The notes: a model not told the origin generated them from the sequence alone. A stretch of 64,000 nucleotides of DNA from an uncultured Thermoleophilaceae bacterium (GCA_963802855.1 CAWDJP010000007.1:96035-160034), one strand, 5' to 3'. Counted from the stretch's first letter, positions 27,942-37,501 are shown. Translations and numbers: made by a program.

Positions 27942-29852
27942 CGCTCGCCGCCAAGCTGCGGGCGCCGGGCTGGTACCGGGTGGCGATCAGCCAGCCGCTC
28001 GCGTTCGGCTTCGCGATCGGCCTCGTCTGCCTGGTGCGCGCGCTCTACGGCTACGACCCGGTCTTGGACTGGACCGCCATCACCACGGTCGCGCTGGTCG
28101 CCATGCCGCTCGCCTTCATCGTCGCGATCGGTTGCTTCGACTACTGGTTCCGCTGGGCTTCCGGCGCCCCCACGATCCCCGAGGACCACTCGGGTCACGG
28201 CGCGACCACGTGGAAGGACTACTTCCGGGTGAACACCGATCACAAGGTGATCGGGATCCAGTACATCGTCACCACGTTCTTCTTCTTCATCCTCGGCGGG
28301 CTGATGGCGATGCTCATCCGCGCCGAGCTGGCCCAGCCGGGCACGCAGTTCGTGGACCCGAACACCTACAACGGCCTGTTCTCGGTGCACGCCTCGCTGA
28401 TGATCTTCCTGTTCATCATCCCGGTGTTCGCCGGCATCGCGAACTACGTGATCCCGCTGATGATCGGCGCGCCGGACATGGCGTTCCCGCGCCTGAACGC
28501 GCTCTCGTTCTGGATGCTTCCCACCGCCGGCGTGATGATGCTGGCGAGCTTCTTCGTCGAGGGCGGCGCCTTCGCGACCGGCTGGACCGCCTACGCGCCG
28601 CTTTCGACTGAGACGCCTCTCGGCCAACAGTTCTTCACGATCGGAGTCCAGTTCGCGGGCGCGTCATCGATCGCCACCGCGCTCAACTTCCTGGTCACGA
28701 TCATCACGATGCGCGCGCCCGGCATGACCTTCTGGCGCATGCCGCTGCTGGTGTGGGCCAACTTCACCACCTCGCTGCTGGTGGTGATCGCCACGCCGTT
28801 CATCGCCGGCTCGCAGTTCTTCGTCCTGTTCGACCGCGCACTGGGGATGCAGTTCTTCAACCCGGGCGACGGCGGTGACGTGCTGATGTACCAGCACGTC
28901 TTCTGGTTCTACTCCCACCCGGCGGTCTACATCATGATGCTGCCCGGGTTCGGGATCATCAGCGAGGTGGTGTCCACCCACGCGCGCAAGCCCGTGTTCG
29001 GCTACCGGATGATGGCCTTCTCGCTCGTGGCGATCGTGATCCTCGGCTTCACGGTCTGGGCGCACCACATGTTCGTGTCGGGCATGGCCGAGTGGCTGCG
29101 GGTGCCGATGATGATCACCACGATGCTGATCGCCGTCCCGACCGGCGTGAAGATCTTCAGCTGGATCGCGACGCTTGTGGAGGGGCGCCATCCACCTGAC
29201 CACGCCGATGCTGTTCGCGCTCGGCTTCATCACGATGTTCACCCTCGGCGGGATCAGCGGGATCATGCTGGCCGTCATCCCGGTGGTGATCCACGTGTCG
29301 GACACCTACTTCGTGGTGGCCCACATCCACTACGTGCTCTTCGGCGGGTCGGTGTTCACGATCTTCGCCGGCATCTACCACTGGTTCCCCAAGATGACCG
29401 GCCGGATGTACGACGAGGGCCTCGGCAGGATCCACTTCTGGCTCTCGTTCGTCTTCTTCAACCTCACGTTTGGGCCGATGCACTTCGTGGGCGTCGACGG
29501 CATGCCGCGGCGCGTGGCGGACTACGCCGAGCAGTTCGGGACGCTCAACGCGCTGATCTCGGTGTCGAGCTTCATCTTCGGCCTCTCGTTTCTGGTGTTC
29601 CTCTACAACATCGTCACGAGCTGGCGCAACGGGCCCAAGGCGGCAGGCAACCCGTGGCGCGCCCATTCGATCGAGTGGCAGGTGTCCTCACCGCCGCCGG
29701 TGTTCAACTTCGACGAGGTCCCGACCGTGGTCGGGGGGCCCTACGAGTACGGCGTCCCCGGCGCAGTGCACGCCGTGTTCGGTGACGTCAAGGCTCCCGT
29801 GGGCGCGGCGTCCGCCCCGGCCGGCGGTGGAGCGCCGCCCCCCAACGAATGA
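27938..29852 (+). pseudogene. ctaD: Cytochrome c oxidase subunit I, one frameshift
   Basis: The GTG overlaps the ctaC stop. The first part is in ORF 27938-29785 (..VKIFSWIATL). The continuation WRGAIHLTTPMLFALGFITMFTLGG..HYV is in ORF 29175-29852. One extra base at 29175-29177 (acgcttgtgg) causes the shift. Confidence 0.9.
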
Positions 29853-30685
29853 GCGACGACAGGAACATCCTCGTCGTCGCGAACGAGACCGTGGTGGGCA
29901 AGCCGCTGATCGAGGCGGTCAAGCGCCACTCCGCCGAGGGGCCGACGCACGTGCACGTGATCTGCCCCCAGAACCAGCCCCGGCACGGGTACGTGATCTA
30001 CGACGAGTCGGTGCGCGGCGCGGCCGAGAACCGGCTCGCGATGACGATCGCGCAGCTCAAGGAGGCCGGCGTGGACGCCTCGGGCGAGCTGATGGACCCC
30101 GATCCCTACTCGGCGATCATGGACGCCGTCGGGGAGAACGACTACGACGCCATCATCGTGTCCACCCACCCGGAGACGCGGTCGGGCTGGCTGCGCCAGG
30201 ATCTCATCACGCGGGTTCAACAGGCCACGCGGCGACCGGTCGAGCACGTGGTGGTGGACCTCGACGCGGAGTCCGATGACGCGGTGCGCGTGCTCGTGGT
30301 CGCCAACCAGACCGTCGGCGGGCAAACGCTGATCGACCAGCTCAAGGAGATCGACAAGGACGGCCACCACCGCTTCATCGTGATCTGCCCGGTGTCCGGC
30401 GACGACTCCGGCGACGCCGCCGACCGCCTGGCCCACACCCTCAAGCTGCTGGGAGACGAGGGGCTCGAGGCCACAGGCCAGGTCACGCATCCGGACCCCT
30501 ACACGGCGATCCAGCAGGCGCTGCACTTCTACGGGATCGACGAGATCGTCATCTCCACCTTCCCGCAGACGCGCTCGGGCTGGCTGCGCGGCGACCTCGT
30601 GAACCGCGTCCGCTCCTCCACCAACAAGCCGGTGCACCACGTTGTGTCCGGCGGCGACGGCGAGCTTCAGGAGGCCGAGGCCTGA
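29849..30685 (+). CDS. Tandem-duplicated USP-like (adenine-nucleotide alpha-hydrolase-like) protein of unknown function
   Basis: 278-aa ORF. Residues ~7-136 and ~147-268 align to each other (LVVAN.TV.G..LI...K...VICP...RLA.T...PDPY.AI...ST.P.TRSGWLR.DL..RV...PV.HVV). ATGA overlap with the ctaD stop and TGATG overlap with the ctaE start. Confidence 0.6.
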   Translation: MSDDRNILVVANETVVGKPLIEAVKRHSAEGPTHVHVICPQNQPRHGYVIYDESVRGAAENRLAMTIAQLKEAGVDASGELMDPDPYSAIMDAVGENDYDAIIVSTHPETRSGWLRQDLITRVQQATRRPVEHVVVDLDAESDDAVRVLVVANQTVGGQTLIDQLKEIDKDGHHRFIVICPVSGDDSGDAADRLAHTLKLLGDEGLEATGQVTHPDPYTAIQQALHFYGIDEIVISTFPQTRSGWLRGDLVNRVRSSTNKPVHHVVSGGDGELQEAEA

Positions 30686-31299
30686 TGGAGTCCGCGTCCG
30701 TCGCGCTCGGGCATGCGCACGAGGAGCATCACGGACCACCGGAGGCCAATCAGTCCTCGCGCGTCGAGGCGCAGTTCCTCGGGATGCTGCTTTTCATCAT
30801 CTCCGAGATCATGCTCTTCGGAGCGTTCTTCACGGCCTACTTCTTCATCCGGGTCGTGGCGGACAGCCCGTTCCCGGCCGAGGGCGAGGTGCTGCCGGTG
30901 GCGATCGCGGGTGTCAACACCGCGATCCTGATCTCCTCCAGCTTCACGATGCACTGGGCGCTCGAAGGGGCGCGAAACGGAAACCGCGCGGCGCTGCGGG
31001 TTGGGCTCCTCACCACTTTCCTGCTCGGCCTCACCTTCCTCTGCGTACAGATCAACGAGTACATACACATCGGCTTCGCCCCGTCCGACAACGCCCAGGC
31101 CTCGATCTTCTACAGCCTGACCGGCCTGCACGGGGCGCACGTGTTCGTGGGGCTGACGCTGCTGTTGTTCGCCACGATCCGGGCGTTCCGCGGGCACTTC
31201 ACGCCCAAGGAGCACCGCGGCGTGGAGATCCCCGGCATCTACTGGCACTTCGTGGATGTCATGTGGATCATCGTCTACTCGAGCATCTACATCCTCTGA
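30685..31299 (+). CDS. ctaE: Cytochrome c oxidase subunit III
   Basis: 204-aa ORF: LGMLLFIISEIMLFGAFFTAYF, FYSLTGLHGAHVFVGL, YWHFVDVMWI. Confidence 0.9.
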   Translation: MESASVALGHAHEEHHGPPEANQSSRVEAQFLGMLLFIISEIMLFGAFFTAYFFIRVVADSPFPAEGEVLPVAIAGVNTAILISSSFTMHWALEGARNGNRAALRVGLLTTFLLGLTFLCVQINEYIHIGFAPSDNAQASIFYSLTGLHGAHVFVGLTLLLFATIRAFRGHFTPKEHRGVEIPGIYWHFVDVMWIIVYSSIYIL

Positions 31300-31315
31300 T
31301 CGCCTGGGCGCGCGC

Positions 31316-31423
31316 GTGCTGAATCCGCTTCGCTCCGAGCAGGAGGCGTTTCGGTTCTTGATTTGGGTCGCGGTCGTGGTCGGAGCGATCGTGGCCGTCG
31401 TCCTCGTGGTGCGGGCGCTCTGA
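31316..31423 (+). CDS. Small membrane protein (35 aa)
   Basis: GTG start 17 nt after ctaE. VLNPLRSEQEAFRFLIWVAVVVGAIVAVVLVVRAL has one TM helix. Codon bias is better in this frame than in the overlapping upstream extension of the IMPase ORF. Confidence 0.4.
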   Translation: MLNPLRSEQEAFRFLIWVAVVVGAIVAVVLVVRAL

Positions 31424-32184
31424 GCGCCGCCACGGAGGATCTGGCGGTCGCGGAGCGCGCTGCCCGGGCGGCGGGCGAGCTGCTGCTCGAGCGCTTCGGC
31501 GGCCCGGCGCGGGGCGTGGAGCGCAAGTCGAGCCGAACGGACCTTGTCTCCGACGCTGATCGCGACGCCGAGGGCGTGATCGGGGAGCTGCTGAGGGCCG
31601 AGCGGCCCGACGACGGCCTTCTCGGCGAGGAGGGTGCGCACAGTCGATCCGACACCGGCAGGCGGTGGGTGATCGACCCGCTCGACGGGACCACGAACTT
31701 CCTCTACGGGCTGCCTGCCTGGGCGGTGAGCGTGGCCCTCGAGGACGCGGACGGCGGGGCGGTCGGCGTGGTGCTCGACCCGCTTGCCGATGAGCTGTTC
31801 ACAGCCGTGCGGGGCGGCGGCGCCCGAATGAACGGAGAGTCGATCGAGGTGAGCGGCTGCGACCGCCTGGAGACCGCGTTGGTGGCCACCGGATTCGCCT
31901 ACGAGGCCGACTTACGGGCACGGCAGGCGGAGGTGCTCGTGCGCGCGTTGCCACGGGTACGCGACATTCGACGCGCCGGGGCCGCCGCCCTGGACCTCTG
32001 CTCGGTGGCGTGCGGGCGCGTGGACGGCTACTTCGAGCGCGGGCTCAAGCCGTGGGACTGGGCGGCGGGGAAGATCGTCGCGCACGAGGCGGGCGCTGCC
32101 CTGCGCGACCTCGAGGGAGAGCCGGACGGCCTGGTGGCGGCGTCGCCGGTGATCGCGGACGAGCTGGCGGCGCTGGTGTCCTAG
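31420..32184 (+). CDS. Inositol monophosphatase family protein
   Basis: Part of ORF 31363-32184: LGEEG, WVIDPLDGTTNFLYG, WDWAAG. The start is uncertain; the homologous part begins at LSAATEDL (CTG at 31420), and the TTG at 31363 has poor codon bias. Confidence 0.8.
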   Translation: MSAATEDLAVAERAARAAGELLLERFGGPARGVERKSSRTDLVSDADRDAEGVIGELLRAERPDDGLLGEEGAHSRSDTGRRWVIDPLDGTTNFLYGLPAWAVSVALEDADGGAVGVVLDPLADELFTAVRGGGARMNGESIEVSGCDRLETALVATGFAYEADLRARQAEVLVRALPRVRDIRRAGAAALDLCSVACGRVDGYFERGLKPWDWAAGKIVAHEAGAALRDLEGEPDGLVAASPVIADELAALVS

Positions 32185-32292
32185 GCCCGGCTGGCTCGCG
32201 AACGTTCGTTACCGACGCCCGCGCGTGCCAGCTCCACCACCAACTCTGGCGAGTTGCGTCCGAACGGTGGGCGTGATTCGCCAAGGTTGGGG

Positions 32293-33063
32293 TCATCCGT
32301 CGAGCTCGGCGATGACGACCCGGTAGCCGAGGTCGAGGGCGTCGAGTCCCAGGAGATCGCCGTGGCGGTCGCGCCACGCGCCGGCGTCGAGGTCGCGTTC
32401 CAGGCGCCCCAACGCCACCGCGACCACGTCTCGAGGCAGCGCCGCGAAGACCGAGATTCCGTCACGGACACCTCCGTCGAGGTATGCACGAGGACGGCGC
32501 CAGAAGGCGCCGTAGAAGCCGTCGCTGCAGTCGTGCGGGATCGGGACCGGCTCGAGGCGAACGTCGCCGCCCAGCACGCGGGCGAGCTCAGCGGCCCAAT
32601 GTCCCGGTCGCCGATAGGGCTCGGGTATCAGTTCGATGAACTCCGGCAGGTAGTGGTGCGTGAGCCAAAACGTGCCCGCCAACGCCGGGTCGGCGTTGAA
32701 GAGCACCACCCGTCGGCGCGCCACCCGGCGCAGCTCCCGCAGTCCGGCGTGCCAGTCGGTCCAGTGATGGTCGGTGAGCACCGCCATCGCCGCCTGGAAT
32801 TCGTTGTCAGCGAACGGGAGCGCCTCCGCCCGGCCGCGGACGACCGGCGCCCCGCCGGGGGGCCGCTGGTGCGCCATCACGGGCGAGGGCTCGACCGCCA
32901 CCACGCGCCGATCGCTCGGCTCGTACGAGCCGGCCCCGGCACCCACGTTGACCACCGTCTCGGCATCGCCCAGCGCGACGTGGATTGCGCTGGCGATACG
33001 CGGGTCCGGTCGCCGGGTGGCGCCGTAGGAGACGCCGATCGTGTCGTAGAGCTCCTCGCCCAC
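32293..33063 (-). CDS. Class I SAM-dependent methyltransferase
   Basis: 256-aa ORF: VVNVGAGAGSYEP (motif I) and ALPFADNEFQAAMAV. Confidence 0.75.
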   Translation of the reverse strand: MGEELYDTIGVSYGATRRPDPRIASAIHVALGDAETVVNVGAGAGSYEPSDRRVVAVEPSPVMAHQRPPGGAPVVRGRAEALPFADNEFQAAMAVLTDHHWTDWHAGLRELRRVARRRVVLFNADPALAGTFWLTHHYLPEFIELIPEPYRRPGHWAAELARVLGGDVRLEPVPIPHDCSDGFYGAFWRRPRAYLDGGVRDGISVFAALPRDVVAVALGRLERDLDAGAWRDRHGDLLGLDALDLGYRVVIAELDG

Positions 33064-33165
33064 GACTCGATGATGACGGCGTGTAGGGGTCCGGCCCTCA
33101 TCCGGACTGGTGTCCCGCCTTGTGGTCGTCAGGCGACCCCTAGCCGGGATGCCTCTCGCAGCCGT

Positions 33166-33894
33166 CTACTCGACGGTGAGCGTCCCCTTCATCCCACCCG
33201 CCTCGTGCCCTGGAACGGTGCACAGGTAGGTGTACTTGCCCGCCTTGACCCTGGTGGAGAAGGAGGAGGTGCCGCCCTGCCCGACGACGTCGCCCTCGCC
33301 GAGAAGGCTTGACCCGGAGCCTTGCAGGGCGATGTTGTGCTGGATCGAGGATTCGTTGCCCATCTCGACCTGGAGCGAGCCTGCGGGCGCGGTGGCGCGG
33401 GTGGAAGCGAACGCCAGTGCGCCGGTGGGGTCGGCGTCGATCGTGAGCGTCCCGCCCTTCGCGGCGATCGGCTTGTTGGACACCTTGGGCTGACCCGCGT
33501 TCGCCAGCGCCCCGGTGTCCTTGCCGCCCTGACCCGCCACGAGCGCGACGTATGCCGCGACGTCGCGGGCATCGTCGCCGGTCACCAGATCCGCCTTCAT
33601 GATGCTGCTCTTGCGGGGGTGCCCGATCTGGCGCAGCACGACCCCTTCGACGGTGTCGTCGCCCAGCCCGTCGCGCCGGGCGGGGCCGAACGCCTGATCG
33701 AGGTTGGGACCCTGGGTGCCCTTCGTGCCCGCTCGGTTCAGCGCGTGACAGGAGCCGCAGGTTCCCTTCCCGACGAACATCTCCTTGCCGTTGGCCAGGT
33801 CGGGCTGGTCCTCACGCCCACATCCGGCCCCGCCGGCGGCCATCAGAAGGGCGCCAGCGGCCAGCAGCGCGAGCCTCTGCGATCGACTCCTCAC
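33166..33894 (-). CDS. Lipoprotein with N-terminal cytochrome c domain fused to a C-terminal cupredoxin (blue-copper) domain
   Basis: ORF 33166-34086 trimmed to the GTG at 33894 (VRSRSQRLALLAAGALLMAAGGAGC, lipobox). It carries a CGSCH haem c motif and a C-terminal type-1 copper ligand pattern (..IQHNIAL.. and YLCTVPGHEAGGMKG). Confidence 0.75.
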   Translation of the reverse strand: MRSRSQRLALLAAGALLMAAGGAGCGREDQPDLANGKEMFVGKGTCGSCHALNRAGTKGTQGPNLDQAFGPARRDGLGDDTVEGVVLRQIGHPRKSSIMKADLVTGDDARDVAAYVALVAGQGGKDTGALANAGQPKVSNKPIAAKGGTLTIDADPTGALAFASTRATAPAGSLQVEMGNESSIQHNIALQGSGSSLLGEGDVVGQGGTSSFSTRVKAGKYTYLCTVPGHEAGGMKGTLTVE

Positions 33895-33905
33895 GGCGCG
33901 GAAGA

Positions 33906-35420
33906 CTATCCGCTCGCCCCGCGCGAAGCCGACCCTGCCACGCCGGGCTCGGCGAGGTCGTCGAGCCGTCCCTGCGCCGCTGCGATCACCCCCTCCGCCA
34001 CGGCCTCCCAGCCGTAGCGCTCCCTGGCCACCGACGACAGTGCGGCCGCCGCGCGCTCGCGATCGGCGGCCGGCAAGGTGAGCCAAGCCACCAGCTTGGC
34101 GGCGATCTCCTCCACCGCTCCCGGCCCTCGCGCGAAGGACAGCAGCGGCCGCAGCTCCGGTTCGAGTCCCTCCGCCAGGGTGGCCGTGACCTCGGCCAGC
34201 CCCGAGTGGGAGGCCGAGAGCGGCAGCGCGCCGCAGGCGGCGGCTTCGGCGGCCACCATGCCGAACGCCTCCGGGAAGGTGCTGGGGACCACCTGTGCTT
34301 CGCAGGCGGGGAGCACCCCGGGCAGATCCGAGTACTCGAGCCGGCCGGTGAAGCCGACCCGCGCGGCGGCGTCCGGCGCGGCGGCAAGGTACGCCTCCCG
34401 CCGCGCGCCCTCGAGCCCGTCGAGGAACGCGGCGAGGTAGGACAGCTCGCCCGCCGGGCCCCCCTCGAGTGCCCGACCCTCGGTGGCGATCCGGCGCAGG
34501 GCATCCAGATCACCCGCCTCCAGCGCCTGGACGATCGCTCCCAGGCCGTCCCGATAGGTGCCGAAGCCGACCACACACAGCCGCGCGTCCGGGACCTCCG
34601 CGACGACCAGCGGCCATGCCGCGAGCAGCAGGTCGACGCCCTTCGACACGATCAGCTTGCCGACATAGCTCACGATCCGGTCGCGGGCGGGGTCGAGCGC
34701 GCGAAGGGTGTCCGCGGCGCCCCGCTCGCCGCCCCAGCCCGCCGCGCTTCCGTGCTCCAGGCGCCCCGCCAGCTCCGACAACGCTGCCGCAGCCTCGCGC
34801 TCGGGGCGGGGGCGGAAGTGCTGAATGTCGACTCCGGGCGGGCCGAGGCGGGTGCGCTGCGGCAGATCCGGGTCGCCCACCACCTCCCACAGGCTCTCCG
34901 CGGTGTGGCGCGACCCCACCAGCACCGCCGCCGCGCTACGCAGGCCCTCGAGGGCGTACGGCAGGAACCGCTCGGGGTTTGGGCGGACGGTGTACTCCAG
35001 TGCGCTGCCGTGCACCTTCACGGCGTACGGCACCTTTCCACCGAGCCCGCGCGCCAGGATCGCGGGCCCCATGATCAGGTGGTTCGCCAGCGCAACGTCC
35101 GGTCGCGCCCGCTCCACGAGCTCCTCGACGGCGGCCACGTTGGCCTGCACGTAGCGCTCGACCGCCGCGTCGTCGAGGTCGGCGAACGTCACGGCGTCGA
35201 AGCCGGCGTACTCGTCTGCCACGTAAACGGGCAGGATCCGGCCGATGTCGGGATTGTGGACGTGGACCGAGTCCGGCAACCCGAGGGCGCCCGGGTTTCG
35301 CTCCTGGCAGAGCAGGTGAACCTCGTGGCCGAGGGCCGCCAGGGCGCGGCACAGGCTCAGGTTGTAGATGTTGCTGCCGGTCCCTCGCAGGAGGTAGCCG
35401 TGGAAGATCAGGACGCGCAT
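33906..35420 (-). CDS. Glycosyltransferase family 4 (GT-B, group 1)
   Basis: 504-aa ORF: MRVLIFHGYLLRGTGSNIY.., and the C-terminal EAFGMVAAEAAACGALPL (E-x7-E region). Confidence 0.8.
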   Translation of the reverse strand: MRVLIFHGYLLRGTGSNIYNLSLCRALAALGHEVHLLCQERNPGALGLPDSVHVHNPDIGRILPVYVADEYAGFDAVTFADLDDAAVERYVQANVAAVEELVERARPDVALANHLIMGPAILARGLGGKVPYAVKVHGSALEYTVRPNPERFLPYALEGLRSAAAVLVGSRHTAESLWEVVGDPDLPQRTRLGPPGVDIQHFRPRPEREAAAALSELAGRLEHGSAAGWGGERGAADTLRALDPARDRIVSYVGKLIVSKGVDLLLAAWPLVVAEVPDARLCVVGFGTYRDGLGAIVQALEAGDLDALRRIATEGRALEGGPAGELSYLAAFLDGLEGARREAYLAAAPDAAARVGFTGRLEYSDLPGVLPACEAQVVPSTFPEAFGMVAAEAAACGALPLSASHSGLAEVTATLAEGLEPELRPLLSFARGPGAVEEIAAKLVAWLTLPAADRERAAAALSSVARERYGWEAVAEGVIAAAQGRLDDLAEPGVAGSASRGASG

Positions 35421-35443
35421 CGCGGTTGGTAGATTGCCGCATC

Positions 35444-35713
35444 GTGAGCCTCCGCCAGAAATACCGCCTGCGCGCCCGCTCCGATCGCGAGGTAATACGC
35501 GAGATCGACCCCGCGACCACCTACGTGGACAGCGAGACCGGCGAGGTGTTCGAGGTGGTCGGCAAGCTCACCCCGCTCGCCCCCTCGCCGAGCGACCTGC
35601 CCTACGCGGTGGAGAACCTGCGTCTGTGTGGCTGCTCGCTCGAGCAGCTCGTGCAGAAGGACCTCAACGACTGCCCCCACTGCGGCCGTCGGCTGCCCGC
35701 GCTAGAGGAGTAG
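35444..35713 (+). CDS. Hypothetical small protein with C-terminal Cys cluster (CGC..CPHC)
   Basis: ORF 35426-35713. The GTG at 35444 is preferred as the start. Third positions are G/C-rich. LCGCSLEQLVQKDLNDCPHCG suggests a zinc-ribbon-like site. Confidence 0.45.
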   Translation: MSLRQKYRLRARSDREVIREIDPATTYVDSETGEVFEVVGKLTPLAPSPSDLPYAVENLRLCGCSLEQLVQKDLNDCPHCGRRLPALEE

Positions 35714-35721
35714 CGCCGGGT

Positions 35722-36036
35722 ATGAGGCGGGTCACTATCGCGCTCGCGTGCGGCGCACTCGCGTTCGTGCCCGCCTGCGGCGGCGACGACGAGGAAGAGC
35801 CGCTTACCGCCCCCGAGCTCACTGTGCCTCGCTCGACCGAGCCGGAGACCACCGAACAGGACACCACGTCCGACCAGACCCAGCCGGCCCCGACACCGGA
35901 GCCGGACTCGGGCGGTACACCAGCGCCGACGCCCGAGCCCAAAGACTCGCCGCAGAACGACCAGCCCCCACCACCTGGGTCGCCCGCGGAGCGCTTCGAG
36001 AAGTTCTGCGAGGAGAACCCAGGCGCCTGCGGGTAG
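35722..36036 (+). CDS. Small lipoprotein with a Pro/Thr/Glu-rich linker
   Basis: ATG at 35722. MRRVTIALACGALAFVPACGG contains a lipobox, followed by a low-complexity region and C-terminal FCEENPGACG. Confidence 0.55.
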   Translation: MRRVTIALACGALAFVPACGGDDEEEPLTAPELTVPRSTEPETTEQDTTSDQTQPAPTPEPDSGGTPAPTPEPKDSPQNDQPPPPGSPAERFEKFCEENPGACG

Positions 36037-36049
36037 TGAAGCCTGTGAC

Positions 36050-37042
36050 GTGACCTTCGAGCACGGCGTGACCCTCTGGTCGTCCCCTGGCTGGCTCGCG
36101 CGCGCCACGGCTTGGGTCGACGAGCAGCTCGGCGCGGCCGGGCTCGTGCGCACCGGTGAGCCGGAGCAGGTGAGCCTGCGACCGTGGGCGGCAGTGTTGC
36201 GCGTCCCGTCGTCGGGCGCCGCGGTGTGGCTGAAGGCCACAGGGCCCGAGGTGGCGTTCGAGGTGCGGCTCTACGAGTTGCTCGAAAGCGTGGCGCCTGA
36301 GCGAGTGCTCATGCCTCTGGCGGTCGACGTCGAGCGCGGCTGGATGCTGCTGCCCGATGGCGGGCCGTCGCTGGGTGACCGCCTTGAGGGCGCCGCACGC
36401 ATCGAAGCGCTCGCGGCCGCGCTGCCCCGGTACGCCGAGCTGCAGCTGGACCTCGCCCCGCATGCCGACGAGCTGCTCGCGTTCGGTGTCCGGGACATGC
36501 GCCCGCAGGCCATGCCCTCGAGGTTCGACGAGGCGCTCGCGGCGGTGCGCGCGTATGCGGAGCGGCGTGGGGACGACACCGAGCTGGCCCAGCTGGAGGA
36601 CGTCGCCGGCATGCGCCCTACGGTCGTCGCGTGGTGCGAGCGGCTTTCCGGTAGCGCGGTGCCGGCGAGCCTCGACCACAACGACCTGCACGCGTGGAAC
36701 ATCCTCGGCGACGGGGGCGACGTGCGCTTCTACGACTGGGGCGACGGCGTCCTCGCGCACCCGTTCGCGAGCATGCTCGCGCTGGGCTGGGTCCCGATGG
36801 AGGACTCGGACCTGACCCGGCTGCGAGATGCGTATCTCGAGCCGTTCGGCCACCTGGCGCCGCACCCCGCCCTCGTGGAGGACCTCGAGCTCGCCTGCCG
36901 CGTCGGCAAGATCGCCCGGACGCTGACGTGGCACCGGGCGATCAGCGCGGGCGCGCCGGACGAGGTGGAGGAGAGGTGGCTCAGCGCGCCGGGCGAGTCG
37001 CTGCTGTCCCTGCTCGAGGACTCGTGGCTCGGGCGAGCGTGA
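36050..37042 (+). CDS. Phosphotransferase (APH/choline-kinase-like) family protein
   Basis: 330-aa ORF: VPASLDHNDLHAWNILGDGGDVRFYDWGD (Brenner motif and DxD). Confidence 0.75.
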   Translation: MTFEHGVTLWSSPGWLARATAWVDEQLGAAGLVRTGEPEQVSLRPWAAVLRVPSSGAAVWLKATGPEVAFEVRLYELLESVAPERVLMPLAVDVERGWMLLPDGGPSLGDRLEGAARIEALAAALPRYAELQLDLAPHADELLAFGVRDMRPQAMPSRFDEALAAVRAYAERRGDDTELAQLEDVAGMRPTVVAWCERLSGSAVPASLDHNDLHAWNILGDGGDVRFYDWGDGVLAHPFASMLALGWVPMEDSDLTRLRDAYLEPFGHLAPHPALVEDLELACRVGKIARTLTWHRAISAGAPDEVEERWLSAPGESLLSLLEDSWLGRA

Positions 37043-37061
37043 CGCCCACCCGCCGCCTGAG

Positions 37062-37417
37062 TCAGGCCCGCCGCGGCACCCGCGCCGGGGCCCCCGGCGA
37101 GCGCACGCGCGCGGGCAGCGTCGTTCGGCAGCGGCGGGGACTGCCGCCGTCGTGGCCTCGAAGGGGACGGAGGGTGCCCGTCCCGACGGTGGCCGCCGGG
37201 CGCCCAGCGGCCGAGCGGCAGCTTCAGCCCGCCGCCGCCGGGGCCGCGGCGCGGGCCGGGCGGGCCGCGTGCTGCCACCGCCGCCGCCGCCGCCCTCGTC
37301 GCGGCGGGTCCTCGCGCCGTCGTCGCGCAGGCGGAAGAACCAGATCAGCCACACCACCAGAAGTCCCACGTCAAACACGCGGAAGCCGACCATGAAGATC
37401 CAGCCCTCGGTGCTCAC
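37062..37417 (-). pseudogene. Small membrane protein with a Gly/Arg/Pro-rich tail, frameshifted
   Basis: GTG at 37417. [33 protein letters not shown].. has a TM helix. As written, the frame runs antisense through the whole APH gene. A sensible tail (..GGGGLKLPLGRWAPGG..) and a stop at 37062-37064 are in other frames. Confidence 0.4.
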
Positions 37418-37501
37418 ACGGCAATGCTACCCCGGTGCGGCGCGCCCGGGAAAGGGGCTTCGGGAGCTCTTCGCGCGCTCCTCGCGCTGCGGAGCGGCTT
37501 G

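Noticed and set aside
32199-32208. Perfect 10-nt palindrome cgaacgttcg in the IMPase/methyltransferase convergent spacer
   Set aside because: It is short and isolated, with no second copy noticed in the window. It is as likely chance or a weak terminator stem as a binding site.
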